DNA of 59,753 bases from a virus: the UHGV virus genome UHGV-0209512, one strand, 5' to 3'. This document shows, one piece after another, positions 17,445-25,097 of the stretch (the first letter of the stretch is position 1; every line of letters starts with the position of its first letter). The position numbers were made by a program, and so were the translations under genes. The notes under the pieces were generated by a model. The model saw only the letters and a program-made list of their open reading frames with translations, made no database searches and had not been told where the DNA came from.

Positions 17445-17612
17445 TCAACTATTTTCGCTTACATAATCCAGTGCGGCGCTCAGGAACTCGAACTCACCGC
17501 GATTGTACATGCTGATAGCCCATTCGAGCTGGTCGCGGGTAAGGTGACGATATTCGTTACGAATGCTATAGCTGCGACCGAAGTACATAATAGCGAAGTA
17601 TGAGCTGGACAT
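17445..17612 (-). CDS. Candidate small protein (55 aa), first gene of the leftward early block
   Basis: ATG 17610-17612 preceded by GGAGG (6-nt spacer), TGA at 17445-17447; preferred over the overlapping low-complexity track ORF 17480..17833. Confidence 0.4.
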   Translation of the reverse strand: MSSSYFAIMYFGRSYSIRNEYRHLTRDQLEWAISMYNRGEFEFLSAALDYVSENS

Positions 17613-17639
17613 AACGCGCCTCCAAGTGTGGTTAAGAAG

Positions 17640-17940
17640 TAGTACCGTGTTGCTATGGGTACATAATAGCGATGCATTGTGATATTGAATAGGCCAAACG
17701 TGCTATTTTGATCTTGTTTTGCATCTAGTGAAAAATTATGCTTGCCATGCATGTTTAGCACTAATGGCCTAACTAACATCACATGAATTGCACTATACGC
17801 GCGGGCACGCACACATACATATAAAGCTGCCAAATATTTTTATAAAAAGATGCAAAAAGGTGTAGACATATGATCAATCTAACCCTACTATATACACATA
17901 CCGCAACGGTACTACAAATTAACTCAAAGGGGTTTACATC
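17640..17940. promoter_or_regulatory. Divergent intergenic region separating leftward and rightward gene blocks
   Basis: About 300 bp AT-rich gap between the first leftward gene and the first rightward gene; individual -35/-10 boxes not assigned with confidence. Confidence 0.4.
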
Positions 17941-18144
17941 ATGTCTATTCGTAACGTTATCTGTGTAATGGTTGCAAACAATAATTTTGGTTTCGTAGAA
18001 GGTGCAGAGTATAAAATGGATCTTAAAACTCGTTGCATTATTAAAGGTGAAGAGGAATGGCGTGCAGTAGTAGAAGATTGCGGAGATATCTACATCTATA
18101 GTTCTGATACAATGAAAACTATCGCTGTCTTCGAATTTAACTAA
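17941..18144 (+). CDS. Hypothetical protein (67 aa)
   Basis: First rightward ORF; AAGGGG upstream of ATG. Confidence 0.45.
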   Translation: MSIRNVICVMVANNNFGFVEGAEYKMDLKTRCIIKGEEEWRAVVEDCGDIYIYSSDTMKTIAVFEFN

Positions 18145-18212
18145 GCTAACTTATACAATGGGCATTAATACAGTGCCCATTAATAAGCTAACTAATTATA
18201 ACGAGGTGTATT

Positions 18213-18398
18213 ATGTCTACGGACACTGTGAAGTCTGTAAATAATAGCAACAGAACATTTAAAGTTATGTATTATGGTCAGGACGTTGGTCAGGTCAAGG
18301 CGCCCAGCCGTATCGTGGCGGAAGAGTTCGTCCGTACAGAGATGCAACTTGGAATCGCCGATTTTGGCGCCATCGTTAAACTGGTAGAGGTGTACTAA
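18213..18398 (+). CDS. Hypothetical protein (61 aa)
   Basis: ORF with GAGGTG RBS. Confidence 0.45.
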   Translation: MSTDTVKSVNNSNRTFKVMYYGQDVGQVKAPSRIVAEEFVRTEMQLGIADFGAIVKLVEVY

Positions 18399-18399
18399 T

Positions 18400-18543
18400 A
18401 TGCCACGCAAATACACGCTTACACGCGCACAGCACGCGCTATTATTGCAGGTTATGCGCATGGAGTACGAAGAGACTACATGGGCTCATGCTATGCAAAC
18501 TGGGCGCGAGTTCTACGCGCAATTAATAGCACAAAATGCCTAG
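18400..18543 (+). CDS. Candidate small protein (47 aa)
   Basis: ATG at 18400-18402 right after the upstream stop, GGTAGAGG upstream; below track cut-off. Confidence 0.3.
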   Translation: MPRKYTLTRAQHALLLQVMRMEYEETTWAHAMQTGREFYAQLIAQNA

Positions 18544-18601
18544 ACAACATGATCGGTCTAGTGGATACTACACACATCAACCAAACAACGGAGTAAACAA
18601 A

Positions 18602-18829
18602 ATGCGTAGTTTCAAATGTGTAAGCGTAAATGCTACTGGTAACGGTCTGTTCACAGCAGGTAATGTATATGACTTCAACATGGAAAGTTACAAAGACACA
18701 ACGCTTACAGGTGTGATGTTCGGTGGCGCTCGTGTCGTTCGCTGCCATTTAAACAAGAACACGGAAAATGAATATACCCTTATCAGTCGCTACACGGGCA
18801 AGCGGTTAGCTGTGTTCCATGCAGCTTAA
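18602..18829 (+). CDS. Hypothetical protein (75 aa)
   Basis: ORF 18536..18829 trimmed to ATG 18602 with GGAG upstream. Confidence 0.4.
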   Translation: MRSFKCVSVNATGNGLFTAGNVYDFNMESYKDTTLTGVMFGGARVVRCHLNKNTENEYTLISRYTGKRLAVFHAA

Positions 18830-18856
18830 GCTATAACGCACACAGCGCCACGCTAG

Positions 18857-18895
18857 CGAGCTAATGCACAAAGGCAATGGTAATGCATTAGCTCG
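18857..18895. other. Long perfect hairpin/palindrome (12-bp arms CGAGCTAATGCA / TGCATTAGCTCG, 15-nt loop)
   Basis: Read directly; not followed by a U-tract on either strand, so not a canonical terminator; sits in a ~430-bp gap with GC-rich CACAG repeats. Confidence 0.4.
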
Positions 18896-19264
18896 GGCGA
18901 AACAGGCACACAGCGTCGCGCACAGCTCGCACAGCGCACACAGACCCACGCAGGCCCAGCCGCGCGACCCGACCCATCCTTTTCCAGGTACTTGGAGCGC
19001 TGGGGCGTGCCCTGTCCATCCTGATAGTAAGTTCTTGCCTAAATCTCACCTATCACCTTACATATCCACCTACATCCATGACCCCACCTACCTTCTTTTT
19101 GAATATATTGCGCTCATCCTTTCTAAATATATGGATTTTGGTAGTAAATTCTGAGTCGTCAACGTATAATTCGTCTTGTAGCTGCTCCATAGCTACCATC
19201 TTTAAGCGGATGCAACCAATTTCTATCAATTCACACCTGTTTTTAGAGCATCAAGGAGGTATTT

Positions 19265-19516
19265 ATGTGCGACACCAGTGCAAGCGCTACACCCAGCACC
19301 TCCAGCAATGTGGTTACAGAGGTAAATGCAATGCGATTAGGTCCATATCGCGGCTATTATGGTCGTGCTACATGGAATGACGCTACTCAACGTTTTGAAG
19401 GCTGGATTATCTGCCCGGAACGTGTTAAATTTCACTCCGTAAAAGAGAAAAATATCGTTCTTAATTTTCAAAAATGTGTCACTAAATATGTAGAGGAGCA
19501 AGAAGAATGCGTGTAG
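19265..19516 (+). CDS. Hypothetical protein (83 aa)
   Basis: Strong RBS AAGGAGG before ATG. Confidence 0.5.
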   Translation: MCDTSASATPSTSSNVVTEVNAMRLGPYRGYYGRATWNDATQRFEGWIICPERVKFHSVKEKNIVLNFQKCVTKYVEEQEECV

Positions 19517-19785
19517 AAGAGATTGTTGTAGGTAAAGAGTATCGTTTGCTGACTGATATTGGCGGTGTTGGGTATAGTCCGGGCGATGGTGTTGAGTTCC
19601 GGGAACTGAAAGCTGGTTCTATTGTTACTGTTAATAAGGTGGTGTTTGATCTGCATATCCTTTTCGGGCAGTGGAACCATACTGTAATTGTTAGCCAGGG
19701 TAGCGATGGATACAATGAAGAAGAGGATGCTTACGAAATCAGTTATACTGGTCTTGTAGGCGCCAATTTTCTTGAAGAAGTATAA
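19507..19785 (+). CDS. Hypothetical protein (92 aa)
   Basis: ORF overlapping the upstream stop. Confidence 0.5.
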   Translation: MRVEEIVVGKEYRLLTDIGGVGYSPGDGVEFRELKAGSIVTVNKVVFDLHILFGQWNHTVIVSQGSDGYNEEEDAYEISYTGLVGANFLEEV

Positions 19786-19836
19786 TTATCAATCTATAAT
19801 GGGCTCTAAGGAGCCCTTAATTATCTGGAGGTTGTT

Positions 19837-20136
19837 ATGCTGTATTTAGGAATGGATTTAAATCGAGAAAAACCGGATATCCCTGCGGTAGATTCTAAAA
19901 CTGCAATCAAAGTCCTGTTTTTCGGTCAGGAAATCCCTGTGGCGCCTTGGGCTACTCACATTGCAGTGGACGCTAACGGTGTTGTCCACTGTTATAATAG
20001 TAAGCCTAAAGCATATGAACAACTTAAAGAATGGCTGCATGATGGTCATAAGAGTCGCTACTGCGGTGAAGTTGACCTTGAAGGTGCGGACTGGCGCGAT
20101 ACGTTGATGGAGATTACTACATATGTCTGTAGCTGA
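19837..20136 (+). CDS. Hypothetical protein (99 aa)
   Basis: GGAGG RBS before ATG. Confidence 0.5.
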   Translation: MLYLGMDLNREKPDIPAVDSKTAIKVLFFGQEIPVAPWATHIAVDANGVVHCYNSKPKAYEQLKEWLHDGHKSRYCGEVDLEGADWRDTLMEITTYVCS

Positions 20137-20212
20137 AGTTACCACATTCATAATAGCATTTGCGGTTGCTTTATTTCTTCTAGCTAAGTTAGATTTATTT
20201 ATTGGGTGATTT

Positions 20213-20404
20213 ATGCAAAGACTGTCAGATGAGCGTGTTGCTAAGCTTGCGGAATATGACTGTGCAAGCAATGACGAAGTTATGTCGTTGGCGCAAGAAG
20301 TAAAGGAACTTCGTGCTGTAGCAAAGGACTTCCTGCGTCGTAACGCTAACGGTCCTTTGTTCTATCGTGATTTGTATAACCGTTTTAAGGAGATTGTGAA
20401 ATGA
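20213..20404 (+). CDS. Hypothetical protein (63 aa)
   Basis: ORF in the small-gene array; no motif. Confidence 0.4.
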   Translation: MQRLSDERVAKLAEYDCASNDEVMSLAQEVKELRAVAKDFLRRNANGPLFYRDLYNRFKEIVK

Positions 20405-20670
20405 TTACTGCTCAAGAAGCTCGTGAATTAAGTGATAAGCTGGATATTAGCGAAGATATTGCAGTCATTAGTGATAGTATTCGCGCAGCTGCTACAAAGG
20501 GATACAATAAAGTATCACTTGTAACTAAATACGGATCTGTTGGCAATCCTGACACTCAAGACCCGACCACTATGAAGATTGCTAAATGGTTAGCAGATTC
20601 AGGTTTTACTGTCCTATACTATCCTTCAATGGACCAACGGGATAACGAGCGTACTGAGGTGGCATGGTGA
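20401..20670 (+). CDS. Hypothetical protein (89 aa)
   Basis: ORF with ATGA overlap to the upstream gene. Confidence 0.45.
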   Translation: MITAQEARELSDKLDISEDIAVISDSIRAAATKGYNKVSLVTKYGSVGNPDTQDPTTMKIAKWLADSGFTVLYYPSMDQRDNERTEVAW

Positions 20671-20737
20671 TTGAAGAAAATATCAAATATTGGAAAGAAT
20701 TCATTGACGAAATGTTGAAACCGATGGAGAAGAAATA

Positions 20738-21130
20738 ATGCTATTAGTCGTCACCGGAGGTCGAGATTTTAAGCATGTGGAGTATATTTACGCTCAATTG
20801 GATAAGCTGCATATGCAAAGAAGGATAACCACACTTCGCCACGGTGACGCTGACGGTGTTGACCGCATTTGCGCACATTGGGCAGAGCGCAACGGTATTA
20901 AGACAGAAGCGTTCCCTGCCCCGTGGGACAATCTTTCACTGCCAAATACTAAGATACGGTATAACGCCAGAGGTGCTTATAATGCACAAGCGGGCGCTTA
21001 CCGCAATCAATTAATGCTGGATACTGATCCTAAACCAGATCACGCTATTGTGTTTCCAGGCGGAGCTGGTACTATGGACATGTACAGACGGATTAAAGCA
21101 TCCGGTATTCCTTACACATTAGCGGAGTAA
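20738..21130 (+). CDS. DUF2493-like (SLOG-type Rossmann fold) protein
   Basis: LLVVTGGRDF ... HGDADGVDRICAHWA ... AFPAPW ... YRNQLM ... IVFPGGAGTMDM ... GIPY matches the DUF2493 consensus as recalled. Confidence 0.5.
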   Translation: MLLVVTGGRDFKHVEYIYAQLDKLHMQRRITTLRHGDADGVDRICAHWAERNGIKTEAFPAPWDNLSLPNTKIRYNARGAYNAQAGAYRNQLMLDTDPKPDHAIVFPGGAGTMDMYRRIKASGIPYTLAE

Positions 21131-21604
21131 ATGATGGCTGACGTTAAAACTATTGTTGATGCAATGGACGAATCCAAAGACTGCCAACTGAAGAAGTCTT
21201 TTGAAGTGAAACAAGTTACAGAAACGCAGTTGATAAGCAACTTTGCGCGTTATTGCGGATTGGGTCGCGGGAAGGACTGGAACGGTCTCATTGTTATGCC
21301 CACATCACAGATCCTGCTATACGTGCGCAACATTGTAGAAGATGTTCTGCGTCTTCAAATAGATATTGGTGACGTAGAAATTAACATGACCGCTAGTTCC
21401 ACCATTGTGGTTAAATGGCAGTCGGGCGAGACACTTCGTTTGGAAGCGTGTCATTGTGCTAAGAGCTTGCACCACCTGCGCGGTTGTCACTACCAGTTCG
21501 TTGGGTTTGTACATCCGCAAGGGTTAAGCGAGCGTACGGCGCTGGTAGCGCGTTTGCTGCTGCGTCCTTATAATAACGAGCCGGAAGTCATATACGAGGC
21601 GTAA
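21131..21604 (+). CDS. Hypothetical protein (157 aa)
   Basis: Intact ORF; no motif recognised. Confidence 0.5.
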   Translation: MMADVKTIVDAMDESKDCQLKKSFEVKQVTETQLISNFARYCGLGRGKDWNGLIVMPTSQILLYVRNIVEDVLRLQIDIGDVEINMTASSTIVVKWQSGETLRLEACHCAKSLHHLRGCHYQFVGFVHPQGLSERTALVARLLLRPYNNEPEVIYEA

Positions 21605-21605
21605 A

Positions 21606-22028
21606 ATGATTAAACACGTCAAGCAACCAACTTTAAATACATGCGTTTCTGCGTGTTTGGCAATGATCCTTAATAAACCTGTTGAGAAGGTGATTGAGGA
21701 ATTTCATGATCGATATTACAACAACTGGGAAATAACAATTTCCGAATATTTAGTACAAAACAATGTTGACCACATCCGTTCTGTAGGCGGTGGGCGTGAA
21801 ACTATATACATGGGCGGTTTGTTTTTGTGTACTGTCCCAAGTCTGAATGTTCCTGGAGCACTGCATCAGGTTGTGATCGATACAACTAATCACAAGTTTA
21901 TTGTACATGACCCAATTAAAGGTTGGGAAGGTAAAAAGTTCTATGTTGGTCCGGACCAAGATCCTGAACAGCCAGGAGCATTTATCATTCATACTTGGGT
22001 TAAAGACGTTGAGATTGTACTTAATTAA
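21606..22028 (+). CDS. Putative papain-like cysteine peptidase (C39-like)
   Basis: N-terminal QPTLNTCVSACLAMIL (Gln...Cys) and later HQVVIDTTNHKFIVHDP resemble the Cys/His arrangement of C39-type peptidase domains; by eye. Confidence 0.4.
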   Translation: MIKHVKQPTLNTCVSACLAMILNKPVEKVIEEFHDRYYNNWEITISEYLVQNNVDHIRSVGGGRETIYMGGLFLCTVPSLNVPGALHQVVIDTTNHKFIVHDPIKGWEGKKFYVGPDQDPEQPGAFIIHTWVKDVEIVLN

Positions 22029-22090
22029 AACCCTTGCTATCAGATAACCCTTCATTGTATTGTGTACCCATCGAATAAGAGGGGTACACA

Positions 22091-22276
22091 ATGACCAAAC
22101 TATACGCCGGATTGTTTTTATTTGCGACGTTAATGTTCGCTGGACTTTATACCTATACAGTAGTCGAACAACCTTCCACGGTTATCCGAATCTTTGCAAG
22201 TACAGGACTGTGCATCTGTCTTATTCTGTTTGTTTTATGTATTGTTATTATCCAAGACCAAAGGAAAATTAAATGA
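22091..22276 (+). CDS. Small membrane protein (61 aa, two hydrophobic helices)
   Basis: LYAGLFLFATLMFAGLY and GLCICLILFVLCIVII hydrophobic segments. Confidence 0.45.
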   Translation: MTKLYAGLFLFATLMFAGLYTYTVVEQPSTVIRIFASTGLCICLILFVLCIVIIQDQRKIK

Positions 22277-22737
22277 CAACCATTGCTTACGATGGAAAAG
22301 TATTAGCTGCGGACCGTGGAGTTATGCGCGGGGAAGTTGTGACTGCATATAAGAAAGTTCACAGCGTAAATGGGCATCGTGGACGCTTCTTGCTGGGCTT
22401 GTGCGGTCTGACTGCATTTACTGATCAGGTATTGCGTTATTTTAATAGCCCGGAACCTGTTAAGTTCCCTGATATTAAACTTTACAGCAAAGATGATGAT
22501 TACGGGCAAACTTGCGGTCTTGCGGTTACTCCGGAAGGCACTTGCCATTTTATTTACAATGATGGTACGTTGAGCGAGCCTATGCTGGACGGCTGGGGGT
22601 CGGATGGTAGCGGTTGTGTGTTTGCTGCGGGAGCTCTGGCTGCTGGTGCAAGCGCACGCGAAGCTATCGAGCTAGCAATCAAGCATACTACATGTGCATT
22701 TCTTGGCGTTGATACAATATCGTTTGAGGGTTTTTAA
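22273..22737 (+). CDS. HslV/proteasome beta-like N-terminal-nucleophile peptidase homolog
   Basis: Starts M-TTIAYDGKVLAAD (Thr right after Met, as in HslV TTIVSV); C-terminal GSDGSGCVFAAGALAAGASAREAIELAIKHTTCAFLGVDTISFE parallels HslV GSGGPYAQAAARALL...; AAGGAAA RBS. Confidence 0.5.
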   Translation: MTTIAYDGKVLAADRGVMRGEVVTAYKKVHSVNGHRGRFLLGLCGLTAFTDQVLRYFNSPEPVKFPDIKLYSKDDDYGQTCGLAVTPEGTCHFIYNDGTLSEPMLDGWGSDGSGCVFAAGALAAGASAREAIELAIKHTTCAFLGVDTISFEGF

Positions 22738-22998
22738 ATGACTACATTCAGTCACCTGATCCCACCTGCTTATCACAGCAAGGTAGTTGACCACGGGACG
22801 CATGTTGTAATTGGTGGCGAAATCTTTATCACCGATAACGAGGAAATCGCCATTGCAATTATTGACAGCACTCAGCATGACTTTATGGTTATCCTGCAAC
22901 ACGAACCCGATAACTTCACTTTTTACTCCAGCTACGGGGTCGATAAAGGTGGAAAAAGCCTTGTTAGCTGCTACATTAGCGAGTGGTTTGACGGGTAA
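22738..22998 (+). CDS. Hypothetical protein (86 aa)
   Basis: ORF in operon; no motif. Confidence 0.45.
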   Translation: MTTFSHLIPPAYHSKVVDHGTHVVIGGEIFITDNEEIAIAIIDSTQHDFMVILQHEPDNFTFYSSYGVDKGGKSLVSCYISEWFDG

Positions 22999-23080
22999 TC
23001 TTCTTAGATCAATTCTCCTTGCGCCGTATCAAGTTTCTCTGTTACCCTTGAGTGGTTCATGTCAAGCGGAGGAACTCGAT

Positions 23081-23518
23081 ATGGCGCTTCAACCTCGTGG
23101 TATTCGTAACAACAATCCAGGTAACATTCGCTGGGGTGATAATTGGCAGGGATTGGTCCCTGTTGATAAGCGGACCGACAAATCTTTTGCACAATTTACG
23201 CAACCGATCTACGGCATCCGCGCTCTGGCGAAAGTCCTGACAAACTACACCAAACGTGAAGGCTTGCCCAATGTGGGTAAGAAAAACATCGACACTGTAC
23301 GTGAAATTATCTCTCGCTGGGCCCCGCCTAACGAAAACGATACGGAAGCGTATATTCGTTCTGTTGCCAAAGCAATTGGTGTTGAACCTAACGATCCAAT
23401 CAATGTCTTCGACAAGACGATAATGTCAGGTTTGGTAAAAGCAATCATTCGTCATGAAAATGGCATGATGCCCTACACGGACGACGTAATCAACCGAGCT
23501 ATTGCAATGGTAATTTAA
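23081..23518 (+). CDS. Conserved phage protein with RNNNPGNIR motif; candidate endolysin by context only
   Basis: ORF 22811..23518 trimmed to ATG 23081 preceded by GGAGGA; lies directly upstream of holin-like and spanin genes; enzymatic family not recognised. Confidence 0.4.
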   Translation: MALQPRGIRNNNPGNIRWGDNWQGLVPVDKRTDKSFAQFTQPIYGIRALAKVLTNYTKREGLPNVGKKNIDTVREIISRWAPPNENDTEAYIRSVAKAIGVEPNDPINVFDKTIMSGLVKAIIRHENGMMPYTDDVINRAIAMVI

Positions 23519-23523
23519 CTGAT

Positions 23524-23545
23524 GGGGCGTCAGCCCCTTTTTATT
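23524..23545 (+). terminator. Short rho-independent terminator GGGGC-GTCA-GCCCC + TTTTT
   Basis: 5-bp GC stem, 4-nt loop, T-run; between the 145-aa gene and the holin-like gene. Confidence 0.45.
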
Positions 23546-23554
23546 GGAGGGAAC

Positions 23555-23899
23555 ATGTTCAACTCATCGAACGAACATTGGGCAGTTCTAGCGGGGTTTG
23601 CTCTGATTTCCCTCATTGGGGGATCTCTCGGTTACGTCATGCGTACAATTGACGCTGGTAAGAAGGTACGGATAAGCATTGCATGTCTTGAAGGCTTATC
23701 CGCCGCGTTCTTTGGCGTTATAATGTATGCAATCTACAGGGAGTTTAATATCAGCCTTTGGTTCGCTTTTGGCCTTGCTGGCCTATTCGCTTGGGCGGGT
23801 TCACGTGCTACGCTAAAAGCTCTAAAGTCGCTTCTAGCATCGCGGACAGGGATCAAACTCGACTCAGAGGACTGCAAACATGAAAATGATTCTAAATAA
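23555..23899 (+). CDS. Holin-like membrane protein (three predicted TM helices, charged C-terminus)
   Basis: ORF 23522..23899 trimmed to ATG 23555 after GGAGGG; three hydrophobic segments; directly upstream of spanin-like genes. Confidence 0.45.
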   Translation: MFNSSNEHWAVLAGFALISLIGGSLGYVMRTIDAGKKVRISIACLEGLSAAFFGVIMYAIYREFNISLWFAFGLAGLFAWAGSRATLKALKSLLASRTGIKLDSEDCKHENDSK

Positions 23900-24356
23900 C
23901 TTCTTCGGCTTTATAAAAGCTAAACCGCGTCTGTTTATCGAGTATTTGATGATCGGCGCGGTAGTGTTTTTATGCGGGGTGGCCGCCTACCTGTGGTCAC
24001 AGAACGAGCTTAACAAATCAAATTTAAGTTTGGCTGAAGAACGTTTAACCGTTGTGGAGAAAGACAATGCAAAGCTGGGCGAGGCTGTTGTATTTCTTGC
24101 TGCACAAAGGGAGAAGGACACGGACTCTTTCAAGAAACTAACTTCTGCAATTCAAGATGAACAACATAACCACAAGTTGCTTCAGGACAAGTTGCAGACA
24201 CTGGAGAAAAGCAATGCTGACGTCAAAGCTTATCTTAACGAGCGTATTCCTGATGATTTGCGCAGGTTGCTCGACGCAGACTCAACCTCCTCCAGCTCCA
24301 CAGATAGTGAAGGTAAGACTACCCGCACATCTACTGGTGGAATGTCGGGAAGTTGA
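23880..24356 (+). CDS. i-spanin-like protein (N-terminal TM helix + coiled coil)
   Basis: TM segment LFIEYLMIGAVVFLCGVAAYLW followed by a heptad-rich charged region. Confidence 0.5.
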   Translation: MKMILNNFFGFIKAKPRLFIEYLMIGAVVFLCGVAAYLWSQNELNKSNLSLAEERLTVVEKDNAKLGEAVVFLAAQREKDTDSFKKLTSAIQDEQHNHKLLQDKLQTLEKSNADVKAYLNERIPDDLRRLLDADSTSSSSTDSEGKTTRTSTGGMSGS

Positions 24357-24519
24357 GAAAATTCCTTTGGTTTACACAAGAGATATTATCCGACGTTTAC
24401 AGGATACAGAAACTGCTCTGACTGAATGTAAGCTAAGGGTTAAGGAAATCATACGCTATGAAGCTGAAAATGTTTCGCTTGATTTTGTAGGATCAAGCAA
24501 TTATATTCAGCCTAAATAG
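24214..24519 (+). CDS. o-spanin-like lipoprotein candidate, overlapping the i-spanin gene in another frame
   Basis: ORF 24157..24519 trimmed to ATG 24214; hydrophobic signal LILTSVFLMICAGCS with Cys, then Pro-rich QPPPAPQ; lipobox is not canonical. Confidence 0.4.
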   Translation: MLTSKLILTSVFLMICAGCSTQTQPPPAPQIVKVRLPAHLLVECREVEKIPLVYTRDIIRRLQDTETALTECKLRVKEIIRYEAENVSLDFVGSSNYIQPK

Positions 24520-24539
24520 CAATAAGAAGGGGAGCTTCC

Positions 24540-25097
24540 ATGAACGGGGCAAGTCAAGAGCAATATGATCGTGACTGGACGAACTATATCCAGTATGCAA
24601 ATAGCTTGTCCGCTGACGAGATGGCAATACGTGACAAAGTTGTTGCTGAGTATATGTTCGACTACAATTGGACTAACGCTTGCATGAGATGCGGGTTCAA
24701 TGCTATGTTTGCACAGGAGCTTGGCCAACGCTTTGCCACGGACTGTTACGTTCGATGGAAGCTCAAGGAGATTGAAAGATCCCGTGTTCAACGTACTTCT
24801 GAGCAAGCTAACATTGAAGCAGACCTAGAGCGTCAGCATATCATTGAAGCATTAAAACGTGAAGCTCATTATACAGGACCGGGATCTTCTCAAGCTGCTA
24901 GAGTAGCCGCATTGGGCAAGCTTGCACAAATTTATGATTTGGATGCGCCCAAGAAGGCTAAAATTGATGTTACTAACAGAGGCGGCGTAATGATAGTCCC
25001 TGCTGTAGCAAATATTGACGAATGGGAAAAAACTGCATCCGAGTCTCAACAACGACTAGTTAAAGAGACTGAAGATGGAGCTAAACCGACAACCTGA
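24540..25097 (+). CDS. Putative terminase small subunit
   Basis: 185-aa ORF immediately upstream of and overlapping the large terminase gene; assignment by position. Confidence 0.45.
   Translation: MNGASQEQYDRDWTNYIQYANSLSADEMAIRDKVVAEYMFDYNWTNACMRCGFNAMFAQELGQRFATDCYVRWKLKEIERSRVQRTSEQANIEADLERQHIIEALKREAHYTGPGSSQAARVAALGKLAQIYDLDAPKKAKIDVTNRGGVMIVPAVANIDEWEKTASESQQRLVKETEDGAKPTT

Noticed and set aside
17480-17833. 117-aa minus-strand track ORF
   Set aside because: Runs through the divergent intergenic region with no RBS; a 55-aa ORF in another frame (17445..17612) has a strong GGAGG RBS.
18864-19380. Track ORFs of 96 and 100 aa on the plus strand in the 18.8-19.3 kb gap
   Set aside because: No RBS; composition driven by GC-rich and pyrimidine-rich repeats. 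A 44-aa minus-strand ORF near 19056-19190 is also possible but weak.
20123-20209. 28-aa hydrophobic mini-ORF overlapping the end of 19837..20136
   Set aside because: No RBS upstream of its ATG; kept as unsupported.
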